Made by a program: the position numbers and the translations under genes | Part shown: positions 44,825 through 54,023 of the stretch, piece after piece | Numbering within the stretch: the stretch's first letter is position 1 | Layout: each line of letters begins with the position of its first letter | The notes under the pieces: model-generated | Databases searched by the model: none | What the model was told of the DNA's origin: nothing | Seen by the model: only the letters and a program-made list of their open reading frames with translations | Source of the DNA: Roseiflexaceae bacterium | GTDB lineage: Bacteria; Chloroflexota; Chloroflexia; Chloroflexales; Roseiflexaceae | Direction of reading: 5' to 3' | DNA length: 61,759 nt | Assembly: GCA_014381165.1 (NCBI GenBank) | Contig: JACMIM010000574.1 | Span: 1-61,759 of the forward strand

Positions 44825-46936
44825 TTGTGCGTAAAAGTCGGTAGACTTTTGTGTCGAAAGGATGCGTTCGTGGCTAATCCGACAGCTGCTCATTGTTCCC
44901 CTCATCGCAGGCGATCACGCTTGTACACTGCCCTGCTTACGTGTGCGCTCGCAGTGCTGGCGCTTGGTGTTGCGCCCGTGCTGGCCGCAACGATTGCGTG
45001 GAAGAGCGACGCAGACGGTAGTTGGACAACGGCGAACAACTGGTTGGGCGGCACGGTGCCGAATAGCAGTGCGGATACCGCAGTCCTTGGTGATGTGATT
45101 CAAGCTCCGCGCACGATTACGATTGCTGGCGTGGCCATCACGGTCGGTGACATGCGCTTCACGAGTGCGCAGCCGTACACGATCGCCGCAACGAACGGCG
45201 GGAGCTTGGCCTTAGACGGGCCTGGAACCACAAGTATCAGCGCGATGGGTGGGGCTCACACGGTCACTGCGCCGGTCACACTGCGCGATTCGCTGGTGGT
45301 TAGTGGCGACGCACCAATTATCTTCACCAGTCTGACGAGTACCGCTGGTGGTAATCGGCTCATCCGTGTTGATGGTACGGCAGCCGCGAGCTTTGCGAAG
45401 CTCGTTGATCCAACGGGTGGCCGGAGCCTGCGCAAGCAGGGTGCTGGTACGCTCAATCTCCAGGTGAGCGGCACGAACAACACAGGTGCTGCCAGCGGGT
45501 TCATCCGAAACGACGAGGGCAGCGGGCAACTCAACCTGTACGGCGCGGGCAACGTCGGGGCGATTACCTATAACGCCGCCACGGGCGGCGGTACGCTCGG
45601 CATTGGCGACAGCTTAGACTTCGCACGGGCAGGCAGCACGCCGCCCGCACTCCTACGCGGCACTGGTATCTTGGCGGTTTCAGGAAGCGTCTTTTTTGAT
45701 GCAAACCCGCCTGAGGCGTCGAACACCACGCTTCAGATCGATCTTAATGGCCCGCAGGTGGGCAGTGGCTACGACCAATTGCGCGTCGTTGGCAACGTCA
45801 ACAATAATGGCAGTATCCGGCTGAACAACACGACACTGGCTATCGCGCTTGGTACGACCCTAGCGTCCCGCGAGCGCTTTGTGATCGTCGCCCGTAGCCA
45901 GGGCAGTGCAGCGGCAGCAACCGGGCGCATAAGCGGGACATTTCTGGACTTGCCCAATGGTGCCGTTCTCGCGCCGCAGGACGTACCCCTCCTGATCAGC
46001 TACACGGACAACACGGTGGAACTCACGCGTCTGCTGACACCAACACTCGCTGCAACGAGCGGTGCGGGTACACTCATCGTCGGTGAGACCACCTCCGTTG
46101 TGGCAACCGTTGTTGATGCCGACGCCATCCCGATTCCTGGTGTCCGTGTGACCTTTGCTGCGCCCGACGCTGGGCCGAGCGTCAGCTTCCCAGATGGCAA
46201 CACGGTTCTCACTGACAGCGAGGGCCACGCGAGCATCCTCGTGCGTGCCAATACGAATGTTGGGAGCTACACGGTCACGGCTGTGTTTGGCCCCGCCGTG
46301 ACCGTGCCAGCCAGTTTTGCCCTGACGAATATGGCTGGCCCTGCCGCTGCAATCGAGCCATTAGGCGGAACGCCGCCGGAAGCGGAGGTCGGCACCACAT
46401 TCACGGCACCCCTACGCGCCCACGTGACGGACGCCGCTGGCAACCCCGTAAGCGGCGTGACCGTCGTGTTCGCTGCGCCAACCACCGGGCCGAGTGGCCG
46501 TTTCGCAGGCGATCCCGCAGTGACGACTGACGCAGCGGGCGTGGCCACCGCACCAGCCTTCGTCGCCAATCAAGACGCGGGAAGTTACAACGTTAGCGCA
46601 CACGTCAATGGTGTTGCGGCGTCCGCGAACTTTGACGTAACGAACCGGCCTGCACTGCCGACCCCAACACCCCCAACGCCTACCGCTACCGCCTCGCCTA
46701 CCGCTACCGCCACCGCTACCGCCTCGCCTACCGCCACCGCTACCGCCACCGCCTCGCCTACCGCCACCGCATCGCCTACCGCCACGCCTACCGCTACCGC
46801 TACCGCCACCGCCTCGCCTAGTCCCACTGCTATACACAATCCTACTACCGCGCCTGCCCCGATTGCCACACCGATGCCAACTACAACCACCTGGCAGCGC
46901 TATCTTCCGCTTATTTTCGGGTACGGCAACGAGTAG
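44825..46936 (+). CDS. Large secreted protein with beta-strand repeats, two bacterial Ig-like (Big_1-type) domains and a Thr/Ala/Pro repeat linker
   Basis: The signal-like segment is LYTALLTCALAVLALGVAPVLA. The Ig-like segments are VATVVDADAIPIPGVRVTFAAP and AHVTDAAGNPVSGVTVVFAAP. The start is uncertain. Confidence 0.65.
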   Translation: MCVKVGRLLCRKDAFVANPTAAHCSPHRRRSRLYTALLTCALAVLALGVAPVLAATIAWKSDADGSWTTANNWLGGTVPNSSADTAVLGDVIQAPRTITIAGVAITVGDMRFTSAQPYTIAATNGGSLALDGPGTTSISAMGGAHTVTAPVTLRDSLVVSGDAPIIFTSLTSTAGGNRLIRVDGTAAASFAKLVDPTGGRSLRKQGAGTLNLQVSGTNNTGAASGFIRNDEGSGQLNLYGAGNVGAITYNAATGGGTLGIGDSLDFARAGSTPPALLRGTGILAVSGSVFFDANPPEASNTTLQIDLNGPQVGSGYDQLRVVGNVNNNGSIRLNNTTLAIALGTTLASRERFVIVARSQGSAAAATGRISGTFLDLPNGAVLAPQDVPLLISYTDNTVELTRLLTPTLAATSGAGTLIVGETTSVVATVVDADAIPIPGVRVTFAAPDAGPSVSFPDGNTVLTDSEGHASILVRANTNVGSYTVTAVFGPAVTVPASFALTNMAGPAAAIEPLGGTPPEAEVGTTFTAPLRAHVTDAAGNPVSGVTVVFAAPTTGPSGRFAGDPAVTTDAAGVATAPAFVANQDAGSYNVSAHVNGVAASANFDVTNRPALPTPTPPTPTATASPTATATATASPTATATATASPTATASPTATPTATATATASPSPTAIHNPTTAPAPIATPMPTTTTWQRYLPLIFGYGNE
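46679..46820 (+). repeat. Imperfect tandem repeat inside a CDS, encoding (PTATATAS)n
   Basis: CCTACCGC(T/C)ACCGCC...TCG units are reiterated about 6 times. It is a coding low-complexity linker. Confidence 0.8.
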
Positions 46937-47064
46937 TAATTCGAACTTGGCATTCCTGGCCGCTCACCAAATAAATTTGCGCGTCGCATCTGGTTTCTCT
47001 AAAGGTGGTCTGTGTACCAAGTTGCTGACCACAACATATATTCCTAACTTACTTTACGCTGGTA

Positions 47065-47119
47065 GCGGAAAGCGGGAGGTTTGGAGGGCTTGTAGCTCGC
47101 CAAACCTCCCGCTTTCCGC
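47065..47119. repeat. Perfect 20-bp-stem hairpin (REP-like)
   Basis: The sequence is GCGGAAAGCGGGAGGTTTGG-N15-CCAAACCTCCCGCTTTCCGC, followed by a second GC-rich imperfect palindrome. It shares the CCAAACCnCCCGCTTTnCGCGC motif with the 34.3 kb repeat. Confidence 0.7.
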
Positions 47120-47515
47120 GCCGCGTGGGCTACGCCCGCGCCGCGTAGAAAAAAGGATATCTCGGAGAGGCTTTGCCTCCCCGAATCCCACCTTGCGTAA
47201 AGTGATTTCATACGTGTTACTGCAACAGGCTATGAAATTTGAGCATCTTACCAGTAGGAGTATACGATACAATGTAGTAAAAGCAGCGCTGCATCACAAC
47301 ATTGACGCCAATATATTAATACAGGGGTTCATGCTGATCACCTCGCCATACACCTCGGCGGGCGCAATGCAGCACACCATGCGCGGCTACAGGGGACACA
47401 GGGTTTAGACCGCTATCAATCTACGCTAGAGGAGGTTGTCATGGACTGTTACTAACACCTACCGCCCTTGGACGGGAGCGCTGCTATTAGTGAACTACCT
47501 TAGGGAGGACATCCC

Positions 47516-48100
47516 ATGGACAAGCTCAATTCCACAGCGGAGCCATCCACCGATGAGCAAGTTGGTGTGCTGCTTCAGCAACAAGATGCTCGATCAATCA
47601 TTGGACTCTCCCAGCGGGCAGGCAGGCTCAACACGATCTTAACGCGGCAGTTCGGCACATACATCTCCGCTGAGGACATGAAGGATATCGTCGGCGACAC
47701 CCTTATCCAGGCTGTCCGCAAAGGCCGCCGCTACGATCCACACCTGTCGAGCCTGATGCGGTGGCTCACGGTTCTTGGGCACTACCGTGCGCTGCACTTT
47801 CTCCGGGAAGCGGCACTCTTCTCAAGCGCTACGCTTGATGAAGTAGCTGACCATATGTCAGCACGGATCGAGGAGCGCCCCCAAGAGGTAACCGAGGTTC
47901 CCAGCGGGACTATGGAACGATTGCTACGACGCTTGACCAAGCAGCAGGCAAAGGTCATTCGCTGGCACTTTTACGATGGCCTTACGATTGATGAGATCGC
48001 TGGATTGCTCAACGTCGATATCGTAACTATTCGCTCACACAAGTCGCGTGGGTTGGACAGCCTGCGCGATATGATGAGCAGCGGCCCTGAGAGTGAGTAA
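47516..48100 (+). CDS. Sigma-70 family (ECF-type) RNA polymerase sigma factor
   Basis: The region-2-like segment is RRYDPHLSSLMRWLTVLGHYRALHFLRE. The region-4 HTH is YDGLTIDEIAGLLNVDIVTIRSHKSRGLDSLR. A GGGAGGA SD sequence is present. Confidence 0.75.
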   Translation: MDKLNSTAEPSTDEQVGVLLQQQDARSIIGLSQRAGRLNTILTRQFGTYISAEDMKDIVGDTLIQAVRKGRRYDPHLSSLMRWLTVLGHYRALHFLREAALFSSATLDEVADHMSARIEERPQEVTEVPSGTMERLLRRLTKQQAKVIRWHFYDGLTIDEIAGLLNVDIVTIRSHKSRGLDSLRDMMSSGPESE

Positions 48101-48915
48101 CGTTCTGGCCAATGTCGTACACCGCATCCACGTCTATTCGCCAGAATTCTACGTGAACACAATACTCCAAGTCGGCAATAATCCATGCAACTTTGTGTCG
48201 CTGTGTCCAAAGCGAGACAGTCGTTCTGCTATCACCAACCATACACGCCTTGTATGCGTGTACACCCTCGGGTGCGCTGGCAGGCGTGTTCGTATATTGC
48301 GAGGAGGGATTGACTGTGAAGCTTAATGCATCCACCACCAACAGCACGAACGTGAGCACGAACCCAGAGGACACCCTGTTTGAGTATCAGCTTGTAGATC
48401 CAGAAACACTTCTGCTCGTAATGTTCGACATTGAGGAACTAGCAGTACTCACTCCTGGTGAGCTACGTCTCCTGGGGGCAGTAGCGGCGGCGGCCGTAGA
48501 AGATGCTAGCGAATCCTCCGACCACACCAGTGCGCACGAGTATGCCGCGCTCGCACGTACACTGCTTACCCAGCCACGTTCGCAGGAGGTTCCCGAGCCG
48601 ACGCCTACACCACTTCGACGACGAGAGCATAAAGAGTCGGTTGAACACCGATAATCGCGCTTCGTGGCCCATGAAGAACGAGAAAGACGAGGAAGCGTCT
48701 ATAGTCTTCGCGAATAAGATGCTCGTCGCCGGAATCGGTGTAGTCAATGCCTTAGGCGTTATTCTCATCTCTGAAACAAGAATATTTTCACCTGTCCCAC
48801 ACTGCTCGTGTCATCACACCGCCGCAATATAGCAACCGCAACAAGGGCGACAATATCTTAAGTAGAGGAGATTAGTCTTCTCACTGTCCATCCGAACACG
48901 AATGGGAGGTGAGCT

Positions 48916-49119
48916 GTGACAGAGCTGATCATTATGGGACTACTCGTGCTTGGGTTTGTCGCCTTGCTCGGAAGTGGAAATGGACGCCCGACCGTCGAGT
49001 CGCCTGTTATCTATGTCATACAAACGCCGGAACCTCGCTCGGTTGGGTGTCTGCCTGTGTTAGCAGTGATTGTCGGCATCATCTTCCTGCTTATGATAGC
49101 GCTTTCGGCAGCTTCGTAA
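48916..49119 (+). CDS. Small two-TM membrane protein (hypothetical)
   Basis: GTG 48916 is preceded by GGGAGGTGA. Two hydrophobic helices are present. A 23-bp-stem hairpin follows immediately. Confidence 0.4.
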   Translation: MTELIIMGLLVLGFVALLGSGNGRPTVESPVIYVIQTPEPRSVGCLPVLAVIVGIIFLLMIALSAAS

Positions 49120-49133
49120 TCAAGCATCACTCC

Positions 49134-49182
49134 AGCACACGGATGCCGTGCGGTTGCCACAACCGCACGGCATCCGTGTGCT
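49134..49182. terminator. Perfect 23-bp-stem, 3-nt-loop hairpin
   Basis: The sequence is AGCACACGGATGCCGTGCGGTTG-CCA-CAACCGCACGGCATCCGTGTGCT. It lies 15 nt after the small ORF stop. No U-tract follows. Confidence 0.4.
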
Positions 49183-49533
49183 ATGCGCCTTCGTTCTACG
49201 GGTATGGCAATGAGTACGTTGCGGTCGCTTTGCTATCGGCATAGCTTCACCTTGCAATCGTTGTATAGGCATAATGCAGATACAACGATTGCATAAAATG
49301 ATAGCACTACAGTGAATTCCGTTGCGCTTTCGCACATGCCGTTGCCTGCCCAGGAGTGTCTTGACAATACGCAGATCGGTTGCCAGTTCGGCGTGTTGTT
49401 CGACACAGCAATACGTCCTCACGGCGGCTGGCTGGCCCGCTGCGGGGCGCACGCGCTCGACCCTCCCACGGCAGCGCACAGGCCGCGTGGTACAATCAGG
49501 GCCGAATATCGCTCACCACCACCGAGATAGCGC

Positions 49534-50583
49534 ATGACGAACCGCCATTCCTTCAATCCCGCTGCCCTGCGCAGCCCTGATAGTGCATCTGTGCTTGGCA
49601 CGACACTCGCGTCGCTTGACCTCGATCAAGTTGCCCAGCACGCGACCCGTGCGGCGGCAAGTGGCCGCTACCACGGACCCACCGACCCGCTCGAGTATCT
49701 GCACGCAAACTTGTGTGTGGCTGAGGCCGCAGGGGTGCTGTGCGCGACCATCGCCGGGCTGGTGTGTTTTGGGCGCAGCCCGCAAGCGGTGCTGCCGCGC
49801 GCCGTAGTCGACCTTGGCCACTACCACGGCCTCGACGCCGTGTCATTTGAAGTTGTACATCTAGAAAAAAGTATCGGTGGCACGATCTTCAGCCAAATTG
49901 CGCGGGTGGAAAACTACCTGTGGGCAAACACCCACCATGGCATGACGGTGCTCGACCGTTTTGAGCGCACGGAGCTGCACGAGTACCCGCGCGTGGTGCT
50001 GCGCGAACTCAGCGTGAATATGCTTGCGCACCGCGATTACAGCAACTTTCAGTCAGCAGCACGGGTGCAATTATTTCGTAACCGCATCGAATGGCTGAGT
50101 CCCGGTGGTCTACCGCCGGGCATCACGGTCGACAATTTGCTCGCCGAGCAGGCCTCACGGAATCCGGTCATCCTGTCGATCTTGTATGAAGCCGGGCTGG
50201 TCGAAGCGTTTGGGCAGGGGCTGGATACCGTGGTTACGGTGCTCAAGCGCGAAGCCCTGACACCGCCGGTCTTTCGCGATACCGGAGCCTCGTTTATGGT
50301 CACGGTCGCGGGACGCCCATGGGAATTGTTCACGACCGAGAACAATACACACCTGAATGAATGGCAGCGCCGCATTATCGCCTTTATTCGCTCCGAAGGT
50401 GCGATTTCCCTCAGCGATCTCCAGCAGCGCTTTGGTGAGGATCGTTCGCGCCGGTCGATTCAGCGTGACTTGCAGATGTTGGTCGATGCGGGCTTGATCA
50501 CGGCTCGTGGCGAAGGACGCGCCCTGCGCTACCTGCTCATGCCCGCGAATAGTGCGCCCACCAGTGGAGATGCCCGCAGGTGA
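49534..50583 (+). CDS. AlbA_2 / HATPase_c_4-type putative DNA-binding regulator (RecG-like C-terminal family)
   Basis: RELSVNMLAHRDYSNFQSAARVQLFRNRIEWLSPGGLPPGITVDNL...RNPVILSILYEAGLVEAFGQG is typical of this family. The C-terminus is winged-helix-like. Confidence 0.65.
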   Translation: MTNRHSFNPAALRSPDSASVLGTTLASLDLDQVAQHATRAAASGRYHGPTDPLEYLHANLCVAEAAGVLCATIAGLVCFGRSPQAVLPRAVVDLGHYHGLDAVSFEVVHLEKSIGGTIFSQIARVENYLWANTHHGMTVLDRFERTELHEYPRVVLRELSVNMLAHRDYSNFQSAARVQLFRNRIEWLSPGGLPPGITVDNLLAEQASRNPVILSILYEAGLVEAFGQGLDTVVTVLKREALTPPVFRDTGASFMVTVAGRPWELFTTENNTHLNEWQRRIIAFIRSEGAISLSDLQQRFGEDRSRRSIQRDLQMLVDAGLITARGEGRALRYLLMPANSAPTSGDARR

Positions 50584-50596
50584 CAATGCGCCAGAA

Positions 50597-50893
50597 AACC
50601 GCGCCAACTGCGCCACTTTTTGGCGCGGTTCACAGAAATTGCCATTTCTGCGGCAAAACTACGGGCATGCACTGCAAGAATCAGGCCATATGTGCCAGAA
50701 AAATGTGCGCCTGGTGAGTGCCCACAGGCCACAGGAGCTGGACTGAACTGCGGTAGAAGCAGTGCTGTCACAGAGGCGAGGGCCTCATTATGAGAACCGC
50801 GCCACATGGAGCGAAAAATGGCGCGGTTGTGGATAAAAATGGCGCGGTTCTCGCCCAAAAGTGGCGCGGATGCCTCTTGTCAATGGCGCGGTT
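50597..50893. repeat. Iteron array: seven copies of TGGCGCGGTT (four direct at 21-22 bp spacing, three others, of which two are inverted) plus a consensus DnaA box
   Basis: Direct copies lie at 50819, 50840, 50862 (one mismatch) and 50884, each preceded by an A-run. Inverted copies lie at 50597 and 50795, and a further direct copy lies at 50621. TGTGGATAA (the reverse complement of TTATCCACA) lies at 50828-50836. Confidence 0.7.
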
Positions 50894-51257
50894 CATCGCT
50901 ATGATCATGAGTAAGCGAAAGCACGCGAGGAGTGTGCGTCCAGAGGGGACGTGAGGAACCCAACAGGCTTGACCAAGGCGTTGCAGTGCAACGCACCAGG
51001 ACATAATCTACGGAGTGGCCGGACGTAACCGGTACCACGCGCACACGCGCGGGACACAAGAAGCGACCCCCGACACCGCCTGCCAAGCAAACGTCGAGGG
51101 TCTCAAAAGTCGCCCCACACACGCGTAAGCGTTGTGGTGTCGCGTTTCCGCGGCCATCTCCACTATACCATCCGCCGATCACGGTGTCAAGACCAATGCG
51201 GGGTGCCGTAGGGCTTTGTGTTCCCATGTTTTTGGTGGATGGCGAGGAGTGCTCGGC

Positions 51258-52979
51258 ATGCATCGTACCGCCCCGCTATTCCACGACCGGGCAGCCGTAC
51301 AACCGCCCGCTAGTCGTCCCGCGCACTATGTTCGGATTCCCATCCGGCTGATCGAGGCGTGCGCCTATCACCCGCTGCCAATCGGCGTGTACGGCCTTGT
51401 TGCGCGGCTTTATCTGATCTACCATACGCCGATTGCGCTGTCAGCAGCCGACCTCACGCGCTATGATCCATCGCTGTCGCGCGGTGCTGCCGAACGAGCG
51501 CTCACCCACCTCGTCGCCGGTGGGTGGCTTGTTGCCGCCCATACCGCCGGCATGAAAACACGGTATACGCCGACATGGGGGCGAGTGCATGCCGCGCCGC
51601 TCCCCTGGCAACTGGACGCCCCGTGTTTTGGGCGTCCCCGCCATGTGCGTGCCGTGGTGTGTGATGTACGCCTGCTTGATGTCATGCTGGGGAAATGCAC
51701 GCCGCACGCAACGCGCAGCGCAATTATCACGCGCTACCTGGTGCAACCAGCACTCACGCTGGCCGATGTGGGCGGCTACGCGCTTGCACTCGCAGGCCTG
51801 CCCGGATCTACGCCCGCGCTCGCCGCCTGGCAGCTGGTGGTTGGTGGCCACCCACACCCGCTTCCCGCGACAGAGGTGCTGCTGGCGGGCGCGTCGCAGC
51901 AGGCTCTGACCACGCCTGAAGCCGGCCTCAGTGCGCAGGGGCTGCGCCGACTGGGCCACAACGCCGCCGCTGCAGGCAGTTCCACCGCGCAGCCGCTGTT
52001 TTTTTTACCCCCAGACATGATCGGCACCGTCCCCGCCATGCTCCCCGCGACCATGATCGCACATACGATCCCGCAAAACAGGCCAAATTCGGCAGTAGAA
52101 CGCGGTAAATCGGTGGTGCCGGTATCTCTGGATGCGATCTCATGGGAGTCAAGGGAAAACAAGGAATCTCAGGGCACTCCACCACCCGGTGGTGAAATGG
52201 TTATGTGTGATGCGCGCGTAGATGAGCCGCCCACCGCTTCAGACGCGCGCCGGTCTCACGCTGCTGCAGCGCACACGGCGCTGCACGCTTCAGCACTCCT
52301 CGATAACTCTGCACCCCCAACTGTCCAAGCACTGCGAGCATTGCGCGTGCGTCCGCGCGTGGTCACGGAACTTATGGACGCGCCGTTCGCGGCGGTCGAA
52401 GCGGCCATTCGTCATGGCGAGGCGCGGCCCGCTGTTAGCGATCTGGCAGGCTGGGTGGTGAGTCTGCTCCGCACGGCGCGCCATGCTGATTGGCACATAC
52501 CGGTCACTGCACCAGCTACCGAGGGCGTCGACTGGGCCGCCGAACAACGCAAAGCACTGGCTGATGGCCGTATCACCAGCGAATCGTGTGGTGCCACGAC
52601 GCACGATTCGCCGCGCGCTTTGCCAGTGGGCCCTGACTGCAACACACTCTGGGATGCTGCGGCGGAAGATCAGGATAGCGGCCACAATGCCGCTATAAAC
52701 CTGCCTGCTGCATCAATGTATCCAAGTACGCGCATGGTGTCTGATACTGACATCCTGCGGGCCTTGCACACCGACATGCAATGGATGTTTCCGCGACCGG
52801 TGTGGGGAAGCCTCGAGCGGCTTGCGTGTGGGAACCACGGCGCGATTCGCACACTCGTGTGTGCGAATCGCATCGATTGGGCTGCGCTGCAACGGCACCT
52901 TCCAACACTTACGGCTGCGCTTCGCACGCTCGGCTGGAACGAGCCGTTCCAATTGGTCATTGGCGTACCTGGACGGTGA
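51258..52979 (+). CDS. Hypothetical protein (candidate replication initiator by position only)
   Basis: It is a long ORF with a GAGGAG SD sequence before ATG 51258. It lies between the iteron array and the par operon. I recognise no motif. Confidence 0.45.
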   Translation: MHRTAPLFHDRAAVQPPASRPAHYVRIPIRLIEACAYHPLPIGVYGLVARLYLIYHTPIALSAADLTRYDPSLSRGAAERALTHLVAGGWLVAAHTAGMKTRYTPTWGRVHAAPLPWQLDAPCFGRPRHVRAVVCDVRLLDVMLGKCTPHATRSAIITRYLVQPALTLADVGGYALALAGLPGSTPALAAWQLVVGGHPHPLPATEVLLAGASQQALTTPEAGLSAQGLRRLGHNAAAAGSSTAQPLFFLPPDMIGTVPAMLPATMIAHTIPQNRPNSAVERGKSVVPVSLDAISWESRENKESQGTPPPGGEMVMCDARVDEPPTASDARRSHAAAAHTALHASALLDNSAPPTVQALRALRVRPRVVTELMDAPFAAVEAAIRHGEARPAVSDLAGWVVSLLRTARHADWHIPVTAPATEGVDWAAEQRKALADGRITSESCGATTHDSPRALPVGPDCNTLWDAAAEDQDSGHNAAINLPAASMYPSTRMVSDTDILRALHTDMQWMFPRPVWGSLERLACGNHGAIRTLVCANRIDWAALQRHLPTLTAALRTLGWNEPFQLVIGVPGR

Positions 52980-52995
52980 GCGCGTTGCAGGCCGC

Positions 52996-53038
52996 TTGCA
53001 TTTCCTGCATGCCTGTTCTACAATGTCGTAGCTACGAC
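52996..53038 (+). promoter_or_regulatory. Sigma-70-like promoter (TTGCAT-N17-TACAAT) followed by the perfect palindrome GTCGTAGCTACGAC
   Basis: The -35 is at 52996-53001, the -10 at 53019-53024 and the palindrome at 53025-53038. All lie about 25-65 nt upstream of the HTH-parA-parB operon start. Confidence 0.45.
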
Positions 53039-53061
53039 GCAGACAGGAAAGGACGAGGATT

Positions 53062-53274
53062 GTGATCACCACGCGCCAGGCCGCGCAGCGCCTCGGCGTC
53101 ACCGAGCGCCAGGTGCAGCGCTATGTGCATGCGGGGCAGCTTCAGGCCCAGCAGCTTGGCAATTACTCCACCGCACCATGGGCGATTGATGAGGCCAGTT
53201 TGGAACACTACATTGCTACGCGCGCGCAGCAGCGCAAACAGCAGCGGCCAGTCGCGCCCACTACAGGAGCATAG
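53062..53274 (+). CDS. Small helix-turn-helix (excisionase/MerR-like) DNA-binding protein
   Basis: ITTRQAAQRLGVTERQVQRYVHAGQLQAQQLG is a typical HTH_17-type N-terminus. Confidence 0.6.
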   Translation: MITTRQAAQRLGVTERQVQRYVHAGQLQAQQLGNYSTAPWAIDEASLEHYIATRAQQRKQQRPVAPTTGA

Positions 53275-53276
53275 CC

Positions 53277-54023
53277 ATGGCCCGTATTATCGCGCTCGCC
53301 AACCAAAAGGGTGGCGTTGGCAAGACCACCAGCGCCATCAACCTCGGTGCAGCACTGGCCGAACAGGGTCGCCGCGTCCTGCTGGTCGACATCGACCCCC
53401 AGGCGAGTCTCACGGACGCCCTGCATATCGATGCCAGCACGCTCGAACGCTCGATCTATGATGTGCTTACCCGCCAGGTGCCACTATCTGATATTCTCCA
53501 GCAGGCGGGCAGTCTGACTGTCGCCCCGGCTACTATCGACCTAGCCGCCGCCGAGATGCAGCTCATCAGTGAGATGGGCCGCGAGCAATTGCTGGCCGAC
53601 GCCCTAGCCACCGTCGCCATGCAGTTCGACGACATCCTGATTGACTGCCCGCCGTCGCTCGGCATTCTGACGATTAACGCGCTCACAGCAGCCGACAGCG
53701 TCCTGATTCCGGTTGAATGCCACTACATGGCGCTGCGCGGACTTGCCCAACTTGTGCAGTCGATTGAAAAGATTCAGCGGCGCACCAACCCGCGCCTACA
53801 AATTGTGGGTGTGATTCCAACCATGTTCAACGACCGCACCGTCCACGAGGGCGAGGTGCTTGGCATGCTCCGTGAGCAATTTCCTGGCAAGGTGGCCATG
53901 CCGATTCGCCGCAGCATCAAGTTCGCGGAAACCGCGCTGGCGGGTAAACCAATGATTGAATATGACCCAGCGCACCCCGGTGGCCAGGCCTACCGTGATC
54001 TGGCGCGGGAGCTACTCCAATGA
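53277..54023 (+). CDS. parA: ParA/Soj partition ATPase
   Basis: It carries the deviant Walker A NQKGGVGKTTSAINLG, followed by VLLVDIDPQ. Confidence 0.9.
   Translation: MARIIALANQKGGVGKTTSAINLGAALAEQGRRVLLVDIDPQASLTDALHIDASTLERSIYDVLTRQVPLSDILQQAGSLTVAPATIDLAAAEMQLISEMGREQLLADALATVAMQFDDILIDCPPSLGILTINALTAADSVLIPVECHYMALRGLAQLVQSIEKIQRRTNPRLQIVGVIPTMFNDRTVHEGEVLGMLREQFPGKVAMPIRRSIKFAETALAGKPMIEYDPAHPGGQAYRDLARELLQ

Noticed and set aside
46679-46820. A possible CRISPR array or other non-coding tandem repeat
   Set aside because: The repeats are contiguous, without unique spacers, and lie in frame inside a long ORF, where they encode a PTATATAS linker.
48193-48654. The ORF downstream of the sigma factor as an anti-sigma factor
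   Set aside because: It has no TM helix, no zinc-binding HxxxCxxC motif and no recognisable anti-sigma domain. Its start codon is unclear. I did not list it as a feature.
50894-51257. A possible structured RNA between the iterons and the candidate rep gene (several short palindromes, for example GCGTTGCA-G-TGCAACGC at 50977-50993)
   Set aside because: It does not resemble any RNA family I recognise (RNase P, tmRNA, SRP, 6S or riboswitch cores). It is more simply a rep leader/operator region. This remains unresolved without a covariance-model search.
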